DNA from: an uncultured beta proteobacterium
Lineage (GTDB): Bacteria; Pseudomonadota; Gammaproteobacteria; Burkholderiales; SG8-41
Length of the DNA: 32,000 nt
Assembly: GCA_903913965.1 (NCBI GenBank)
Contig: CAIWNB010000386.1
Span: 2,160-34,159 of the forward strand
Direction: 5' to 3'
Shown: piece after piece, positions 15,958 to 26,012 of the stretch
How the letters are laid out: each line of letters opens with the position of its first letter
Numbering within the stretch: the stretch's first letter is position 1
Translations under genes and position numbers: made by a program
Notes under the pieces: model-generated
What the model was told of the DNA's origin: nothing
The model's database searches: none
What the model saw: only the letters and a program-made list of their open reading frames with translations

Positions 15958-16520
15958 AACGGGATCCCGCTGTGGCGACGGATCAAGTCGACCAGCGCTT
16001 CGCCTGCCACGTTCAACGCGCCGTCGTTACGGATCACGTCGCCACTATGGTCACCGGGCTGACGGGGCGTCCGGCGCGCGAGGCGTGCACTGATTTCTTC
16101 TGGAGTTTCTCGACCACGCGCCTCAAGCCTTGCGCGCAGTGTTTCGGGATCGACTTCAATCCAGACAGATCGAAGCTCCGGATACATTTCCGTCGCGGTC
16201 GGCAGATACTCGCGCGAACCATTGACGACCACCGTCATGCCCTTGGCCAGCCAGTGGTTGATTTCAATCCCCACACCGTAACAGTAGCCGTGACTCTCCC
16301 AATGCATGGCCATTAAACCGGCCTGTCGCCGCATTGCAAACTCCGCCGTGCTCAAGGCGATGTGATTTTCGCCGCCAGCCGAGGCAGCGCGGGTGATATA
16401 GCGGTGCGCAAAAATCACCTCTTGCTGAGCGGCGAGGCGGGCGCGCGCATGGGCGAGCAGACTGTCTTTGCCGCTGCCCGAAGCGCCAACGAGATAGATG
16501 AGTGTTGAAGTCAAGGGCAT
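15948..16520 (-). CDS. phnN: Ribose 1,5-bisphosphate phosphokinase PhnN
   Basis: P-loop VGASGSGKDSL. Preferred ATG is at 16520 (190 aa), 5 nt after the phnM stop. The track start 16790 lies inside phnM. Confidence 0.85.
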   Translation of the reverse strand: MPLTSTLIYLVGASGSGKDSLLAHARARLAAQQEVIFAHRYITRAASAGGENHIALSTAEFAMRRQAGLMAMHWESHGYCYGVGIEINHWLAKGMTVVVNGSREYLPTATEMYPELRSVWIEVDPETLRARLEARGRETPEEISARLARRTPRQPGDHSGDVIRNDGALNVAGEALVDLIRRHSGIPLCA

Positions 16521-16525
16521 CCCCC

Positions 16526-17680
16526 TCAGGCGTGATCGAAACGCGCAGACAGGGCTGCAACGCCAGCGACCCACACACGGTCCGCTTGCGGCAACCCGCC
16601 CAGCACTTTTACTGCAACCAGATCTGCCCGTTTGCCCACGGTAATTTCTCCGCGGTCGCTGAGCCCGGCCGCTCGCGCGGGATTCCTTGTCACCAGTGCA
16701 AAGGCTTCTGCCAATCCGATGCCCGCCAGTTCGGGTAGCTTTAACACGGAGGGGAGCAGGGCGCCGGGCGAGTAGTCGCCGCACAGGCAATCAGCAACGC
16801 CTTCGAGCACTGCATCGAGCGCACGCATATTGCCGGATTGAGATTTGCCGCGCAGGATATTGGGGGCGCCAAAGAGCGTCGCCATGCCCTGCGCCCGCGC
16901 GGCCTGGGCGGCGCCGAGATGGGTCGGGAATTCCGAGATCACCGCACCCAGTGCAGCGAGGGCGGCGACTTTCTCCGCACTGTCATCGTCGTGGCTGGCG
17001 ATGGGCACGCCCAGATCATGCGCGACCGTCGAGAGTTTTTGCATGCGTTGCATGGTTCCGGCGCCGGCGGTCTGCTTGTTTGCCAGCAACACATCCAACT
17101 CCGTTTCCGACATTTTGTAGGTGCGGGAAAGAAAGGTGCGGTAGGCCGCCACGCTCTGGAACTGCCCCTGTCCGGGGCTGTGATCCATGAAGGACATCAG
17201 GTGCGCATGTCCGTTTTTTAGCAGATCAACCAACACGGCGGGAGCGGTCTCGTCAGTTACTTCGTAGCGGACATGCACGCGGTTGTCGACCAAGGCATGC
17301 GGCTGCCACGCGTGCATGGCACGGGCGATTTCCGCGGCAAACCCGTTGTTGCGCACGCCGAGTTCGTGGTTGGCGAACGAGAGGGCATGAAATACGGTGG
17401 TAATACCCGCCATCGCGTTACGCTTGTCGGCCAGTGCACAGGCCAGATCAAGCGGAAAGTGTACGCCCGGTCGCGGCTCGACCTCTTTTTCCAATGCATC
17501 GCAATGCAGGTCGATCATGCCGGGCACCAGCAGGCGTCCGGATAGATCAACCACGCGTGCGTCTGCGGCCGTCTCGGGGTCGATGGCGGCGATCAGACCG
17601 TCCTCAATCAGGATCGCCACGTCATCGCGAACCTCATCTGCAAAAACAACGCGGGCGTGATTCAACAACAATCGATTCAT
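16526..17680 (-). CDS. phnM: Alpha-D-ribose 1-methylphosphonate 5-triphosphate diphosphatase PhnM
   Basis: 384 aa amidohydrolase-fold protein (MIDLHCDALE). ATGA overlap with the phnL stop. Confidence 0.9.
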   Translation of the reverse strand: MNRLLLNHARVVFADEVRDDVAILIEDGLIAAIDPETAADARVVDLSGRLLVPGMIDLHCDALEKEVEPRPGVHFPLDLACALADKRNAMAGITTVFHALSFANHELGVRNNGFAAEIARAMHAWQPHALVDNRVHVRYEVTDETAPAVLVDLLKNGHAHLMSFMDHSPGQGQFQSVAAYRTFLSRTYKMSETELDVLLANKQTAGAGTMQRMQKLSTVAHDLGVPIASHDDDSAEKVAALAALGAVISEFPTHLGAAQAARAQGMATLFGAPNILRGKSQSGNMRALDAVLEGVADCLCGDYSPGALLPSVLKLPELAGIGLAEAFALVTRNPARAAGLSDRGEITVGKRADLVAVKVLGGLPQADRVWVAGVAALSARFDHA

Positions 17681-18399
17681 GACGAGCAGTTCTCCAAAAT
17701 ATCAGTGATAGCCAACGGCGGGGTGAGTTCGATGACGGTGTCAGCTGTGCGGCGCACCAGTGCGGGATCGTGAAAGATTGCCAGCATCGCGACACCTTCA
17801 CTTTTAATGCTCTGTATGAGATCAATCACCCGCTCCGTGGTGGCGGGGTCGAGGCTGGCGGTGGGTTCGTCGAGGAGCAGCAGCCGGGGTCGCGTAATCA
17901 GACCACGTGCCAGATTGATGCGCTGCCGTTCACCGCCGGAGAAGGTGGCCGGCGGCACGCCCCACAAACGCTCGGGAACATTCAGCAGGCTTAGCAAGGC
18001 TTTGGCCAGCATGTGCGCTGCCTCGCGTTCCGTACCCCGTGCGATCAGCGGTTCGCACACCACGTCGAGCGCGCTGCGACGCGGCAGGCAGTGCAGGAAC
18101 TGGGTGACGAAGCTGATTTCGTGACGACGCAAATCCAGCATGCGATGTTCCGACGCTTGTGCGAGGTCGATCGCGTTGCCCTGGGCATCGTTGTAGAGCA
18201 TGCGTCCGGCGGAAGGCAGATAAGTTCGATAGATGCACTTGAGGACGGAGGATTTTCCCGCGCCCGTCGGACCGACCAAAGCCGTCAGGCGTCCGGTATG
18301 GACTTGCAGAGAAATATTCGCGCACGAAGGGATCAGTTTCTGTTGTTCATGCAATTGAAACTGCTTGCCCAGTCCCTCGACGTTAAGAACGGGTGTCAT
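17677..18399 (-). CDS. phnL: C-P lyase system ATP-binding protein PhnL
   Basis: ABC-type NBD with Walker A GPTGAGKSS, signature FSGGERQR and Walker B LLLLDEP. It occupies the phnL position. Confidence 0.9.
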   Translation of the reverse strand: MTPVLNVEGLGKQFQLHEQQKLIPSCANISLQVHTGRLTALVGPTGAGKSSVLKCIYRTYLPSAGRMLYNDAQGNAIDLAQASEHRMLDLRRHEISFVTQFLHCLPRRSALDVVCEPLIARGTEREAAHMLAKALLSLLNVPERLWGVPPATFSGGERQRINLARGLITRPRLLLLDEPTASLDPATTERVIDLIQSIKSEGVAMLAIFHDPALVRRTADTVIELTPPLAITDILENCSS

Positions 18400-18410
18400 C
18401 GTAGATGCTC

Positions 18411-19250
18411 CTATAAGGCCGAGGCCACCAGTCTTTGGGTATAAGCGTGTTGGGGATCTTCAAGAATCTGGTCGGTCAGGCCCGACTCGATGACGCGGCC
18501 GTGTTTCATGACGAGGGTGCGGCCTGCCAGCAGACGGATCACGCCCAGATCGTGGGTGACGACGATCATTGCGGTGTTCAACTCATGCTGGATTTCAAGG
18601 ATCAGGTCGAGGATGCGCGCCTGCACCGAGAGGTCGAGACCGGTGGTGACTTCGTCGAGGTAGAGCAGCGGCGGGCGGGTCGCCAGCGCCTTGGCAATTT
18701 GCACGCGCTGCTGCATGCCGCCGGAAAAATTTTTCGGCGACTCGTCCATCCGTTCGACCGCGACTTCGGTGCGCGCGAGCAACTGCCCGGCGCGCCCGCG
18801 AATTTGCGCATAGTGCCGCAGGTCGCTCATTAACAGGCGCTCGGCGATATTGCCGCCAGCCGAGACGTTGAAGTTCAAACCCAGATGCGGATTTTGATAA
18901 ACCATGCCGAAACGATGGTTGCGCAGCCAGCGCTGGCGCGCCGCATTCAGGGTAAACAGCTCCCACTGCTGCGCTTCACTCTGCTCATCAAAGAAGATGG
19001 CTTCGCCGGCCGTCGGCGTGGCGTCAAAATAAAGCGTTTTCACCACGGTTGATTTGCCGCTGCCTGACTCGCCCATGATGCCGAGTATTTCTCCTGCATG
19101 CAGGTCGAGGCTGACATCGTGGGTGGCCACCACGCTGTCGCAGTCTGCGCAGATGTTGGTGTTGGCCTCGGGCCCGGTATTGACGATACATTGCGGGCAG
19201 CCGCGACCATAGATCTTCGACAGTCCGCGCACTTCGAGAATTTTTTTCAT
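18411..19250 (-). CDS. phnK: C-P lyase system ATP-binding protein PhnK
   Basis: ABC-type NBD with GESGSGKST, FSGGMQQR and LLYLDEV. Preferred ATG is at 19250 (MKKILEVRGLSKIYG), overlapping the phnJ stop (ATGA). Confidence 0.9.
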   Translation of the reverse strand: MKKILEVRGLSKIYGRGCPQCIVNTGPEANTNICADCDSVVATHDVSLDLHAGEILGIMGESGSGKSTVVKTLYFDATPTAGEAIFFDEQSEAQQWELFTLNAARQRWLRNHRFGMVYQNPHLGLNFNVSAGGNIAERLLMSDLRHYAQIRGRAGQLLARTEVAVERMDESPKNFSGGMQQRVQIAKALATRPPLLYLDEVTTGLDLSVQARILDLILEIQHELNTAMIVVTHDLGVIRLLAGRTLVMKHGRVIESGLTDQILEDPQHAYTQRLVASAL

Positions 19251-20161
19251 GCCTGCTGTGCTTCCATCACGCGTGGAGAGTCGCGTTGCCCGCGGCAGAA
19301 GTCTGCATCCGAACATTGCCAGGTCTTGTCCAAGCCTTGTGCATCTTCATCGCCGATGATTTCATCGAGAAAGGAGTTGGTGGCGCCGCAACGATGGCAG
19401 GCTTGGCGCTGCCCTTGCGCATCGGTAAAGTCTTCGGTCCGAAACGGTACGTCGTCAAACACCAGCGGTTCAGCATTGCAATAAGGCGGTACCGCATAGA
19501 TTTTCTTTTCACGCCCCGCGCCGAGCAACACCAATGCTTTTGAATGGTGCAGTTGTGGCACGTCATAGCGGGGGATCGGGCTTGGGTCGATCACGTAATG
19601 CCCGTTGATGCGGGTGGGATAGCGATGCGAGATGGTGATTTCCTTGAATTGCACGATGTCTTCGTAGAGCTTGGTCAGCAGGCGTGAATAATCGCCTTCA
19701 CCATGCATGATTTTGCGTCGTGCCTCGGATGCCTCGACGACCACCAATGCGTCCGGGTAAGGAACCTGCAACACCAGCACCTGTGCTTCTTCCAGCGGTA
19801 ATTCCGGTATGCGGTGGCGTGATTGAATCAGCGTCGCCTCGGCGGTGCGCTCGGTGCTGTCAACGCCGGGGCAGGTCTGTTCGATAAATTTCCGCAAGCT
19901 GACGGCGTTGACCGAATCATCAGCGCCCTGATCAATAACTTTGACCGTATCCGCTGGACCGATCAGCGCCAGGGTGAGCTGCAATCCACCAGTGCCAAAG
20001 CCTCTGCCCATGGGCATTTCGCGTGAAGCGTAAGGCGTCTGGTAGCCCGGAATACTGATGGCTTTGAGGACGCAGCGACGGATCTCGCGTTTTGCATACT
20101 CATCCAGAAAGCCGAAGCTGTAGGCGGCTTCGTCTTGCGGTAATTCATATTCGCTATTCAT
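19247..20161 (-). CDS. phnJ: C-P lyase catalytic subunit PhnJ
   Basis: PGYQTPYASREMPMGRGFGTGGLQ, plus a C-terminal Cys cluster CHRCG...QCSDADFC. ATGA overlap with phnI. Confidence 0.95.
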   Translation of the reverse strand: MNSEYELPQDEAAYSFGFLDEYAKREIRRCVLKAISIPGYQTPYASREMPMGRGFGTGGLQLTLALIGPADTVKVIDQGADDSVNAVSLRKFIEQTCPGVDSTERTAEATLIQSRHRIPELPLEEAQVLVLQVPYPDALVVVEASEARRKIMHGEGDYSRLLTKLYEDIVQFKEITISHRYPTRINGHYVIDPSPIPRYDVPQLHHSKALVLLGAGREKKIYAVPPYCNAEPLVFDDVPFRTEDFTDAQGQRQACHRCGATNSFLDEIIGDEDAQGLDKTWQCSDADFCRGQRDSPRVMEAQQA

Positions 20162-21285
20162 GCCGGCGCTCTCGTCGCGGTGGTTGTCTGTGAGGCGAGA
20201 TTTTTCTTTTGCGTGGTGCGCAGGCGGTCCATATCTGACTGAAATGTGACGTAGTGCGGCATTTTGTAATGGCTGGCGAAGCCCATCGAATCGACACCGT
20301 CGACGTGCAGCAGTACGAACTCAGGGTCCTCGGAAGGATTGGCCGGCCCATCACGCATGCCCTTTTGCAGCGCACGATCGAGTATCGCCATCGAGATGGC
20401 CTTGACTTCGTTATGCCCGAAGCAGGCGCCATAGCCCAGGGTGAAGACCGGTGGCCCGTCGTTTGCATTGCCCTCGTACATGGCCACCACTTCGCATTCG
20501 GTCATCAGGACTTCACCAGCCTCGGTCAACTCGCCGGTCACCGGATGCGGCAGCATCACCGGCAGGTAGCCGACGCGGAGTTCTGCAATCGTCGGGTGCA
20601 CGTCGCCGTAGCCGCGCATGTTCGAGTAGGCAATGGCAAGCAGCGAACCCGTTTCCGCTCGCGCCATGGTGGCCAGCGCCGCAGAACGGGGCACCGGGAA
20701 CACCAGCGGCTCGCGGGTGATGTCGAAGGCCTGCCGTGCGGTTCTGTTCAAAGGCGGCAGCAGACCTTCGTTACGCAGGGCATCCAGTACTTTGGGGAAG
20801 GTGTCCGGCAGATCTTCCGCCGGTGCGTTTTGCAGGAAGCTGCCGGCGACCTTGCGGAATGCCTCGGGCGACTCGTTGGCCAGATCAAGCCGCATCAAAC
20901 GCAAGGCGTAATCAAAGGTCGGGCCGAGCATCTGGCCGCCGGGGATTTCCTTGAAGGCGGATGAAATGCGCCGGATCAGGCGCATCTTTGAGGTGTCCTG
21001 TAGCGGGGTTTCGAGGAGTCGTGGTTTGGTCGAGCGATAGGCCCGCAAGGCAAATGCGGCCTCCAGTGTGTCGCCCTGCATTTGCTTGAGTGCGAGCGCG
21101 GCCAGGCGCGGATGATAGAGACCGCCTTCAGACAGTATGCGTGAGGTTAATAAACGCAATTGGTGTTCGATGCTGGCCAGGCTCAGCGGGCTGCCCGACT
21201 CACCCTCCGCAGTGCGCAGGTTTTCGACGGCGGCATGGGAGCCTTCAATGGCATGACCGCCGCCCCGTATTGCTACGTAGCCCAT
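20158..21285 (-). CDS. phnI: C-P lyase core complex subunit PhnI
   Basis: 375 aa with N-terminus MGYVAIRGGGHAIE, occupying the phnI position between phnH and phnJ. Confidence 0.9.
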   Translation of the reverse strand: MGYVAIRGGGHAIEGSHAAVENLRTAEGESGSPLSLASIEHQLRLLTSRILSEGGLYHPRLAALALKQMQGDTLEAAFALRAYRSTKPRLLETPLQDTSKMRLIRRISSAFKEIPGGQMLGPTFDYALRLMRLDLANESPEAFRKVAGSFLQNAPAEDLPDTFPKVLDALRNEGLLPPLNRTARQAFDITREPLVFPVPRSAALATMARAETGSLLAIAYSNMRGYGDVHPTIAELRVGYLPVMLPHPVTGELTEAGEVLMTECEVVAMYEGNANDGPPVFTLGYGACFGHNEVKAISMAILDRALQKGMRDGPANPSEDPEFVLLHVDGVDSMGFASHYKMPHYVTFQSDMDRLRTTQKKNLASQTTTATRAPA

Positions 21286-21851
21286 GGCTGCGTTCCTTTC
21301 AGGGTGATGCGTGTGGTGCGTGGCAGGGCGACCGCATGAATGGTGTCGAGCAGAATGATGTCAACCCCAAGCGGAAACGCGCTGTTCCACGAACGGCGTT
21401 GCTCGAGCCATGAGGGCTCAAGGCCGGTGACGGCCAGTGACTGGCTGCCGGCGATGCCCGGGCCTTCGAGCCGGCAGTCGGTGCCCACGCCGAGGGCGAC
21501 AACTGTGAGCACAATGGTGGCGCCGTGTTCGGGCGACTCCAGCGAACCCAGCGCGGGCGTAAATGCCGGGGGCCGTGTTCCATCTGCAACCACGAAATGT
21601 GCGCGCTCGGCGACGGTAAGCGGTGTTTGCAGGCGTTGGCGGGTTAAATCATCGAGCAGATTCTGCGGGTCCGCGAGCGAGCTTCCACGGTCGATCAATG
21701 CGGCCAGGGTCAGTGTCAGTGCATGGGCGCCGCTGGTTGCCAAGGTCTCGATACGCCCTGGATAGCTGAATGCCCTCATCAATTGACGAAAAATATGCTG
21801 TTGGCTGCTGGCGGTCCATGCCTGCATGTCGTGGCTGAGTGAATCAGGCAT
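21273..21851 (-). CDS. phnH: C-P lyase core complex subunit PhnH
   Basis: The IFRQLMRAFSYPGR motif is present. Start is uncertain: ATG at 21851 (ATGCCTGA overlap with the phnG stop), 21857 or 21863. The track start 21893 is deeper inside phnG. Confidence 0.8.
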   Translation of the reverse strand: MPDSLSHDMQAWTASSQQHIFRQLMRAFSYPGRIETLATSGAHALTLTLAALIDRGSSLADPQNLLDDLTRQRLQTPLTVAERAHFVVADGTRPPAFTPALGSLESPEHGATIVLTVVALGVGTDCRLEGPGIAGSQSLAVTGLEPSWLEQRRSWNSAFPLGVDIILLDTIHAVALPRTTRITLKGTQPWAT

Positions 21852-22344
21852 CGTCATCCTCATCAGTCGAGCCGACCAGTGAAAAATCGACACGGGTCGC
21901 CGTCAGCAGCGCACGGCGTGCCGCCGACTGTTCATCCAGACGCGCTTGTCCGCTGGCGAACAGCGTGTGCGCTGCTTCGTGCCCCGCCAACCGGCCGGAG
22001 ACCGCCGCATCAATTACCGCGATGGCCCGCGCCAGACTGGCACGGTCGTCGAGCAGTTGGGCCGCGCCTTCAACGCTGCGTCCATCCGTTGCGGTGACGC
22101 GGACATGGGCGCTCGCCAGCGGGATCTCGCCAGGGTAATAGGCGTCGCCCAGCGCACTGTCACAGAGCTTCAGCAATCCCAGTCCGGATTGCGCGATTTG
22201 GATGTCCTCCACCGTGTGCTGTTGCGCCAGACGGTGCGCCAGATCGCGTACTGTCGCCGCCGGGCAACTCAGGAGTAGCCGCGGCCATCGCTCGCGTGGC
22301 GGTGCCGGTGGTGTTGACATTGAAAAATCGTCATTGGGCTTCAT
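21844..22344 (-). CDS. phnG: C-P lyase core complex subunit PhnG
   Basis: 166 aa, positioned before phnH. The YYPGEIPLASAHVRV region is typical of PhnG. Confidence 0.8.
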   Translation of the reverse strand: MKPNDDFSMSTPPAPPRERWPRLLLSCPAATVRDLAHRLAQQHTVEDIQIAQSGLGLLKLCDSALGDAYYPGEIPLASAHVRVTATDGRSVEGAAQLLDDRASLARAIAVIDAAVSGRLAGHEAAHTLFASGQARLDEQSAARRALLTATRVDFSLVGSTDEDDDA

Positions 22345-22357
22345 GCAGAAATCATTT

Positions 22358-23383
22358 TCAAATCAGTTTCGCGCGCAAGCGCGCGGAGAATTGATCGAGC
22401 AGGAATACCGCGATAAAAATCGCCAGCAGGATCGTGCACACATGTCCGTACTGAAACATGTCGAATCGACCTTTTAATTCCTGCCCGATGCCGCCTGCGC
22501 CAACCAGTCCGATGACAGTGGCCATACGCAGGTTACGGTCGAGGATGTAGAGCGAATACGCGATGTATTGCGGCAAGACCTGGGGCATCACTCCGTACCA
22601 GAGCGTTTTGAGTTTGCCTGCGCCTATCGCCTCAAGGGCCTCCTGCGGCTTCCGGTCTGCGTTTTCAATATCCTCGGCATAAAATTTGCCAAGAAATCCG
22701 GCCGCATGTAATCCCAGGGCCAGCACGCCGGCGATCGGCCCGAAGCCATAGGCAAGGACCAGAAACAGCGCGACGATCAACTCAGGTGCCGAGCGCAGCA
22801 GGCTGATGGTGGCGCGGGCCAGCGTATAGGTTGCGCGGTTGGGGCTGTAGTTGCGGGCGGCGTAGTAGGCCAGCGGAATGGATGCCATGATCGATAGCAG
22901 GGTGCCCCAGATGGCGATTTCAAACGTCTCGATCATCTTGATAAAAATCGTCCACAGGTAACCGGCCGGCTTGACCAGATATTCAATACGCTCCGTCGTC
23001 GTCTCCATCTGCAGGGTTTGGGTGTTCATGCGCTGTTCGCTGCGCTCTTCGAACTCAATCCGTGAGAAGAGCGGCAGACGGCTACGGTCAAGTTCCGGTA
23101 AGCGGCCGACCTCTTCTTTCTCTGTCATCACCGGCGGCCACATCGATTGTGCGACGCGCGACAAACCGTGCACGACCTGGGATTCGTCCGTCAAGCCCAG
23201 GAGTTTGCCCACCGCCTGCGCGCTCATTGCAATCATGCGGTCCATCTCAGTGCGGTGGCCGGTGAAAAGAATCACCACCAGCAGCGTCGCGATGATAAAT
23301 ACATGGCGTGCCGAGTAAGGCGCATCAAGCTTCCACGCCAGCGCGCTACCGCTGGCGGGAACCGGGATCGGTTTGATGTCCAT
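22358..23383 (-). CDS. phnE: Phosphonate ABC transporter permease PhnE (long form)
   Basis: Permease core IAIWGTLLS...GFGPIAGVLALGLHAAGFLGKFYAE...ATVIGLVGAGGIG. Preferred ATG is at 23383 (341 aa), 4 nt after the phnC stop. The track start 23572 lies inside phnC. Confidence 0.85.
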   Translation of the reverse strand: MDIKPIPVPASGSALAWKLDAPYSARHVFIIATLLVVILFTGHRTEMDRMIAMSAQAVGKLLGLTDESQVVHGLSRVAQSMWPPVMTEKEEVGRLPELDRSRLPLFSRIEFEERSEQRMNTQTLQMETTTERIEYLVKPAGYLWTIFIKMIETFEIAIWGTLLSIMASIPLAYYAARNYSPNRATYTLARATISLLRSAPELIVALFLVLAYGFGPIAGVLALGLHAAGFLGKFYAEDIENADRKPQEALEAIGAGKLKTLWYGVMPQVLPQYIAYSLYILDRNLRMATVIGLVGAGGIGQELKGRFDMFQYGHVCTILLAIFIAVFLLDQFSARLRAKLI

Positions 23384-23387
23384 GCGT

Positions 23388-24200
23388 TCAGGCCGGGACC
23401 GGTTCAGCGCTTGTTTGCGTTGAGTGTTGGTGCCGGATCCGGATGTCGTGATCGGGTTTTTCCTCCCACTGCGCGCCGTGGTAGAGCGCACGCAGACGCT
23501 CATCGGTAAAGGCGGCGGGCGTGCCGTCGAAGACCACCTCGCCTTCGCGCATACCGATGATGCGGTCACCAAACTCGCGCGCCAGATCGATCTGATGCAA
23601 GCTGCATAAAACCGTGGTGTTGCGCTCGCGTGCCGCCACCCGTATCAGCGTCAGAATATCGCGTGAGATCTTGGGGTCGAGACTGGCCACCGGCTCGTCA
23701 GCCAGCACTACCTCGGGGTCCAGCATAAAGGCGCGCGCAATGCCGACGCGCTGTTGCTGGCCGCCGGAGAGATCGCCTGCGCGGCGTTGCAAATGGTTCG
23801 GCGCGAGCCCGACGCTTTCCAGTAGTTTGCAGGCGCGCGCGCGGTGCTCGGGGTGAAACCAGCCGAGCAAGGCGCGCATCGTGGAAACCGCCGGCAGCAT
23901 TCCGGCCAGTACATTGCCTGCAACCGTCATGCGGTTGGTGAGATTAAAGTGCTGATGGATCATCGCCACACGCTGCCGCAACACCTTTTCACTGGCGGGA
24001 CACATCTGCACGCCATCGATGCTGACGCTGCCGTGGGTCGGCTTCGTCAGGCCATTGACCGTACGCAACAGTGTCGACTTGCCGGCACCCGAGGGCCCGA
24101 GCACCACGCAAAACTGCCCACGTGGTATTTCGATCGACACATTTCTCAAAGCGTGTGTTCCGTCGGGCCACGCTTTGGAGACGGAGTTGAAGTGGATCAT
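23388..24200 (-). CDS. phnC: Phosphonate ABC transporter ATP-binding protein PhnC
   Basis: Walker A GPSGAGKST, signature LSGGQQQR and Walker B VVLADEP. Confidence 0.9.
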   Translation of the reverse strand: MIHFNSVSKAWPDGTHALRNVSIEIPRGQFCVVLGPSGAGKSTLLRTVNGLTKPTHGSVSIDGVQMCPASEKVLRQRVAMIHQHFNLTNRMTVAGNVLAGMLPAVSTMRALLGWFHPEHRARACKLLESVGLAPNHLQRRAGDLSGGQQQRVGIARAFMLDPEVVLADEPVASLDPKISRDILTLIRVAARERNTTVLCSLHQIDLAREFGDRIIGMREGEVVFDGTPAAFTDERLRALYHGAQWEEKPDHDIRIRHQHSTQTSAEPVPA

Positions 24201-24240
24201 GAGTCGGCTCCTTTGTTTGGGGCGTTCAGCGCGGGGGGGC

Positions 24241-25188
24241 TCAGCGTGTACCGGCTTTTTTCAGAATGTCGGTCTTGACTTGATCGGTGACCAGATCAAA
24301 CAGCTTTGCCGCATCAGCCATTTCCTGTTCGCTGACCTTGGTGGTGTAACCGTCCACCTTGCTGCCGCCGTAACCGCGGATCTGGTCTTTTGAAATGCCA
24401 GGCAGTTTGTTGATGTTTTCAAAGGCATCGCGCAATTTGGCCTGTACTTCCGGCGCAACCCTGGGGTGTATCGCCAGCGGCGGGTAGGGAAGCGGCGCAC
24501 TCTTGGCGACGACGCGAATTTTGCTCGGGTCGATCGCCTTTTGGTTGACGGCTTTTTCAAAAGACTCAAAGGACGCGCCACCCACGTCTACCAGTCCCTC
24601 GGACAACGCCTTCAGCACATTGGCATGGCTGCCGGCGAGCTGGATGGCTTTCGCATCGCGCACCGGATTAACGCCGTTCTCGATCATCATGGCGACCGGC
24701 ACCGCGAAGCTGGAGGTGGAGTTCAGATCGCCCAGTGCGATGGTTTTTCCCTTGATGTCCTTCACAGAAGTCACGCCGGCGTCGATACGGGCAAAGATGC
24801 CGGAGTAATACACGGACTGGCCGTTGTTGATGGCAAGGGCCAGCAGATTGGCGCAGCCCTTCTTGTGCGTCGGCAGGTAGGAGGCGACTCCGTAAAAGGC
24901 AATGTCAGCCGCGCCGGCGCATTGTGCTTCCATCACTGCGCCGTAACTTTGACCCACCTTGATATCAAACTTAAGGCCGGTTGCTGCGCTGATTGCAGCG
25001 AAGATCGGCATGAAATCCTTTTTAGTGCCGTCTTCGGTGCCGCCGTCGGCCGGTATCAGGATCACTCGCAGTGGTCGCGCGGCGCTGCCGTCATGTTGAC
25101 TCTGGGCCTGGGCTGCGAAGGGCGCGAGTGCGAGGGCGCCGAGACCGAGGGTTAGTGTGGCAAGGCGCAAGAAGGTTTTGCGGTTCAT
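24241..25188 (-). CDS. phnD: Phosphonate/phosphite ABC transporter periplasmic binding protein PhnD
   Basis: 315 aa with a signal peptide ending AQA. PhnD-like LRVILIP...GQSYGAVMEA, located upstream of phnC and phnE. Confidence 0.85.
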   Translation of the reverse strand: MNRKTFLRLATLTLGLGALALAPFAAQAQSQHDGSAARPLRVILIPADGGTEDGTKKDFMPIFAAISAATGLKFDIKVGQSYGAVMEAQCAGAADIAFYGVASYLPTHKKGCANLLALAINNGQSVYYSGIFARIDAGVTSVKDIKGKTIALGDLNSTSSFAVPVAMMIENGVNPVRDAKAIQLAGSHANVLKALSEGLVDVGGASFESFEKAVNQKAIDPSKIRVVAKSAPLPYPPLAIHPRVAPEVQAKLRDAFENINKLPGISKDQIRGYGGSKVDGYTTKVSEQEMADAAKLFDLVTDQVKTDILKKAGTR

Positions 25189-25235
25189 GGGTAAGCTCCT
25201 GTTTCAGTAGATGAGGTCAATGGTTGGAGGTTTGA

Positions 25236-25964
25236 TCAGGGGTTGATGCAGAGTTGAATGCGGTCAGCGCGAAAGCGGGTGACGGCGTATTCGACGGGGC
25301 GCGAGTCACGTTGATCAATGTTCACGCTCTTGACGCGCAGCACCGGACGGTTCTGCGGCATACCCAGTATTCGGGCGTCATCGCCTTGCGGTAAGACGGC
25401 GGTGACCAGACTTTCCGAACGCCGCAAGCGACAGCCATAGTCCGCCTCCAGGCAGCGGTGTAATGAGTCACCGTGGTAACGTTTATCGAGTTCGGGAAAA
25501 CGCTTTTGTGGGACGAAATGCGAGATCACGCAGATCGGCAGCTCCGCCGCTGAGCGCAGGGTCTCGATCCAGAAAACCGGTTCACCGCTCATGACATCCA
25601 GTTTTTGCGCGATCGCTTTGGTCGCCGGCAAGGTTTGTCTGCGCAGAATACGGTTTTCAGATTGCATACCAAGTGCGGCGATATTCTCGGTAAACCGGGT
25701 GCCGAGGCCGATTTGATAGTTGATGTGGCTGTCCAGTACGAAGACGCCGAGCCCGTGCCGGCGTTCGAGCAGGCCGGAGTCAACGAGCTCGTCAATCGCA
25801 CGCCGCAACGTGTGCCGGTTCACGCCGAAGCGCGTTGCGAGCAGTCCTTCTGCGGGCAGGCAATCCCCGGGGCTACGTGAGGTGGCTATCTCCTCTGCAA
25901 GCACTCTGGCGATCTGTGCATAGATTGCCTCGCCGTTTTCGCGTCGTACTGCGTAGAGACTCAT
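25236..25964 (-). CDS. phnF: GntR/HutC-family phosphonate operon regulator PhnF
   Basis: N-terminal wHTH LPAEGLLATRFGVNRHTLRRAIDELV with a C-terminal UTRA-like domain. It is the first gene of the phn cluster. Confidence 0.85.
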   Translation of the reverse strand: MSLYAVRRENGEAIYAQIARVLAEEIATSRSPGDCLPAEGLLATRFGVNRHTLRRAIDELVDSGLLERRHGLGVFVLDSHINYQIGLGTRFTENIAALGMQSENRILRRQTLPATKAIAQKLDVMSGEPVFWIETLRSAAELPICVISHFVPQKRFPELDKRYHGDSLHRCLEADYGCRLRRSESLVTAVLPQGDDARILGMPQNRPVLRVKSVNIDQRDSRPVEYAVTRFRADRIQLCINP

Positions 25965-25970
25965 GTGTAG

Positions 25971-25982
25971 TTGTCTAGATCT
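25971..25982. promoter_or_regulatory. HutC-type operator-like palindrome (candidate PhnF autoregulatory site)
   Basis: TTGTCTAGATCT matches 9/12 positions of the TGGTCTAGACCA-type HutC-subfamily operator (GT-N-TA-N-AC core intact on one half). It lies 7-18 nt upstream of the phnF ATG. Confidence 0.3.
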
Positions 25983-26012
25983 GTTTGCGAGCCCTCAATG
26001 TAACGATGCGAT

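Noticed and set aside
15948-16790. N-terminal extensions given by the longest-ORF track for phnN (to 16790), phnE (to 23572), the EamA transporter (to 15313), phnK (to 19316), the VWA protein (from 12474), hyi (to 10471) and MoxR (from 11122).
   Set aside because: The extensions are Arg/Pro-rich and overlap the preceding gene extensively. Internal ATGs give family-typical N-termini and classic ATGA or short-gap junctions.
22358-23383. The hydrophilic insertion of about 55 aa after the WPP motif in PhnE as a novel domain.
   Set aside because: As far as I recall, long-form PhnE permeases with a similar charged periplasmic insertion are common outside E. coli, so this is probably ordinary family variation.
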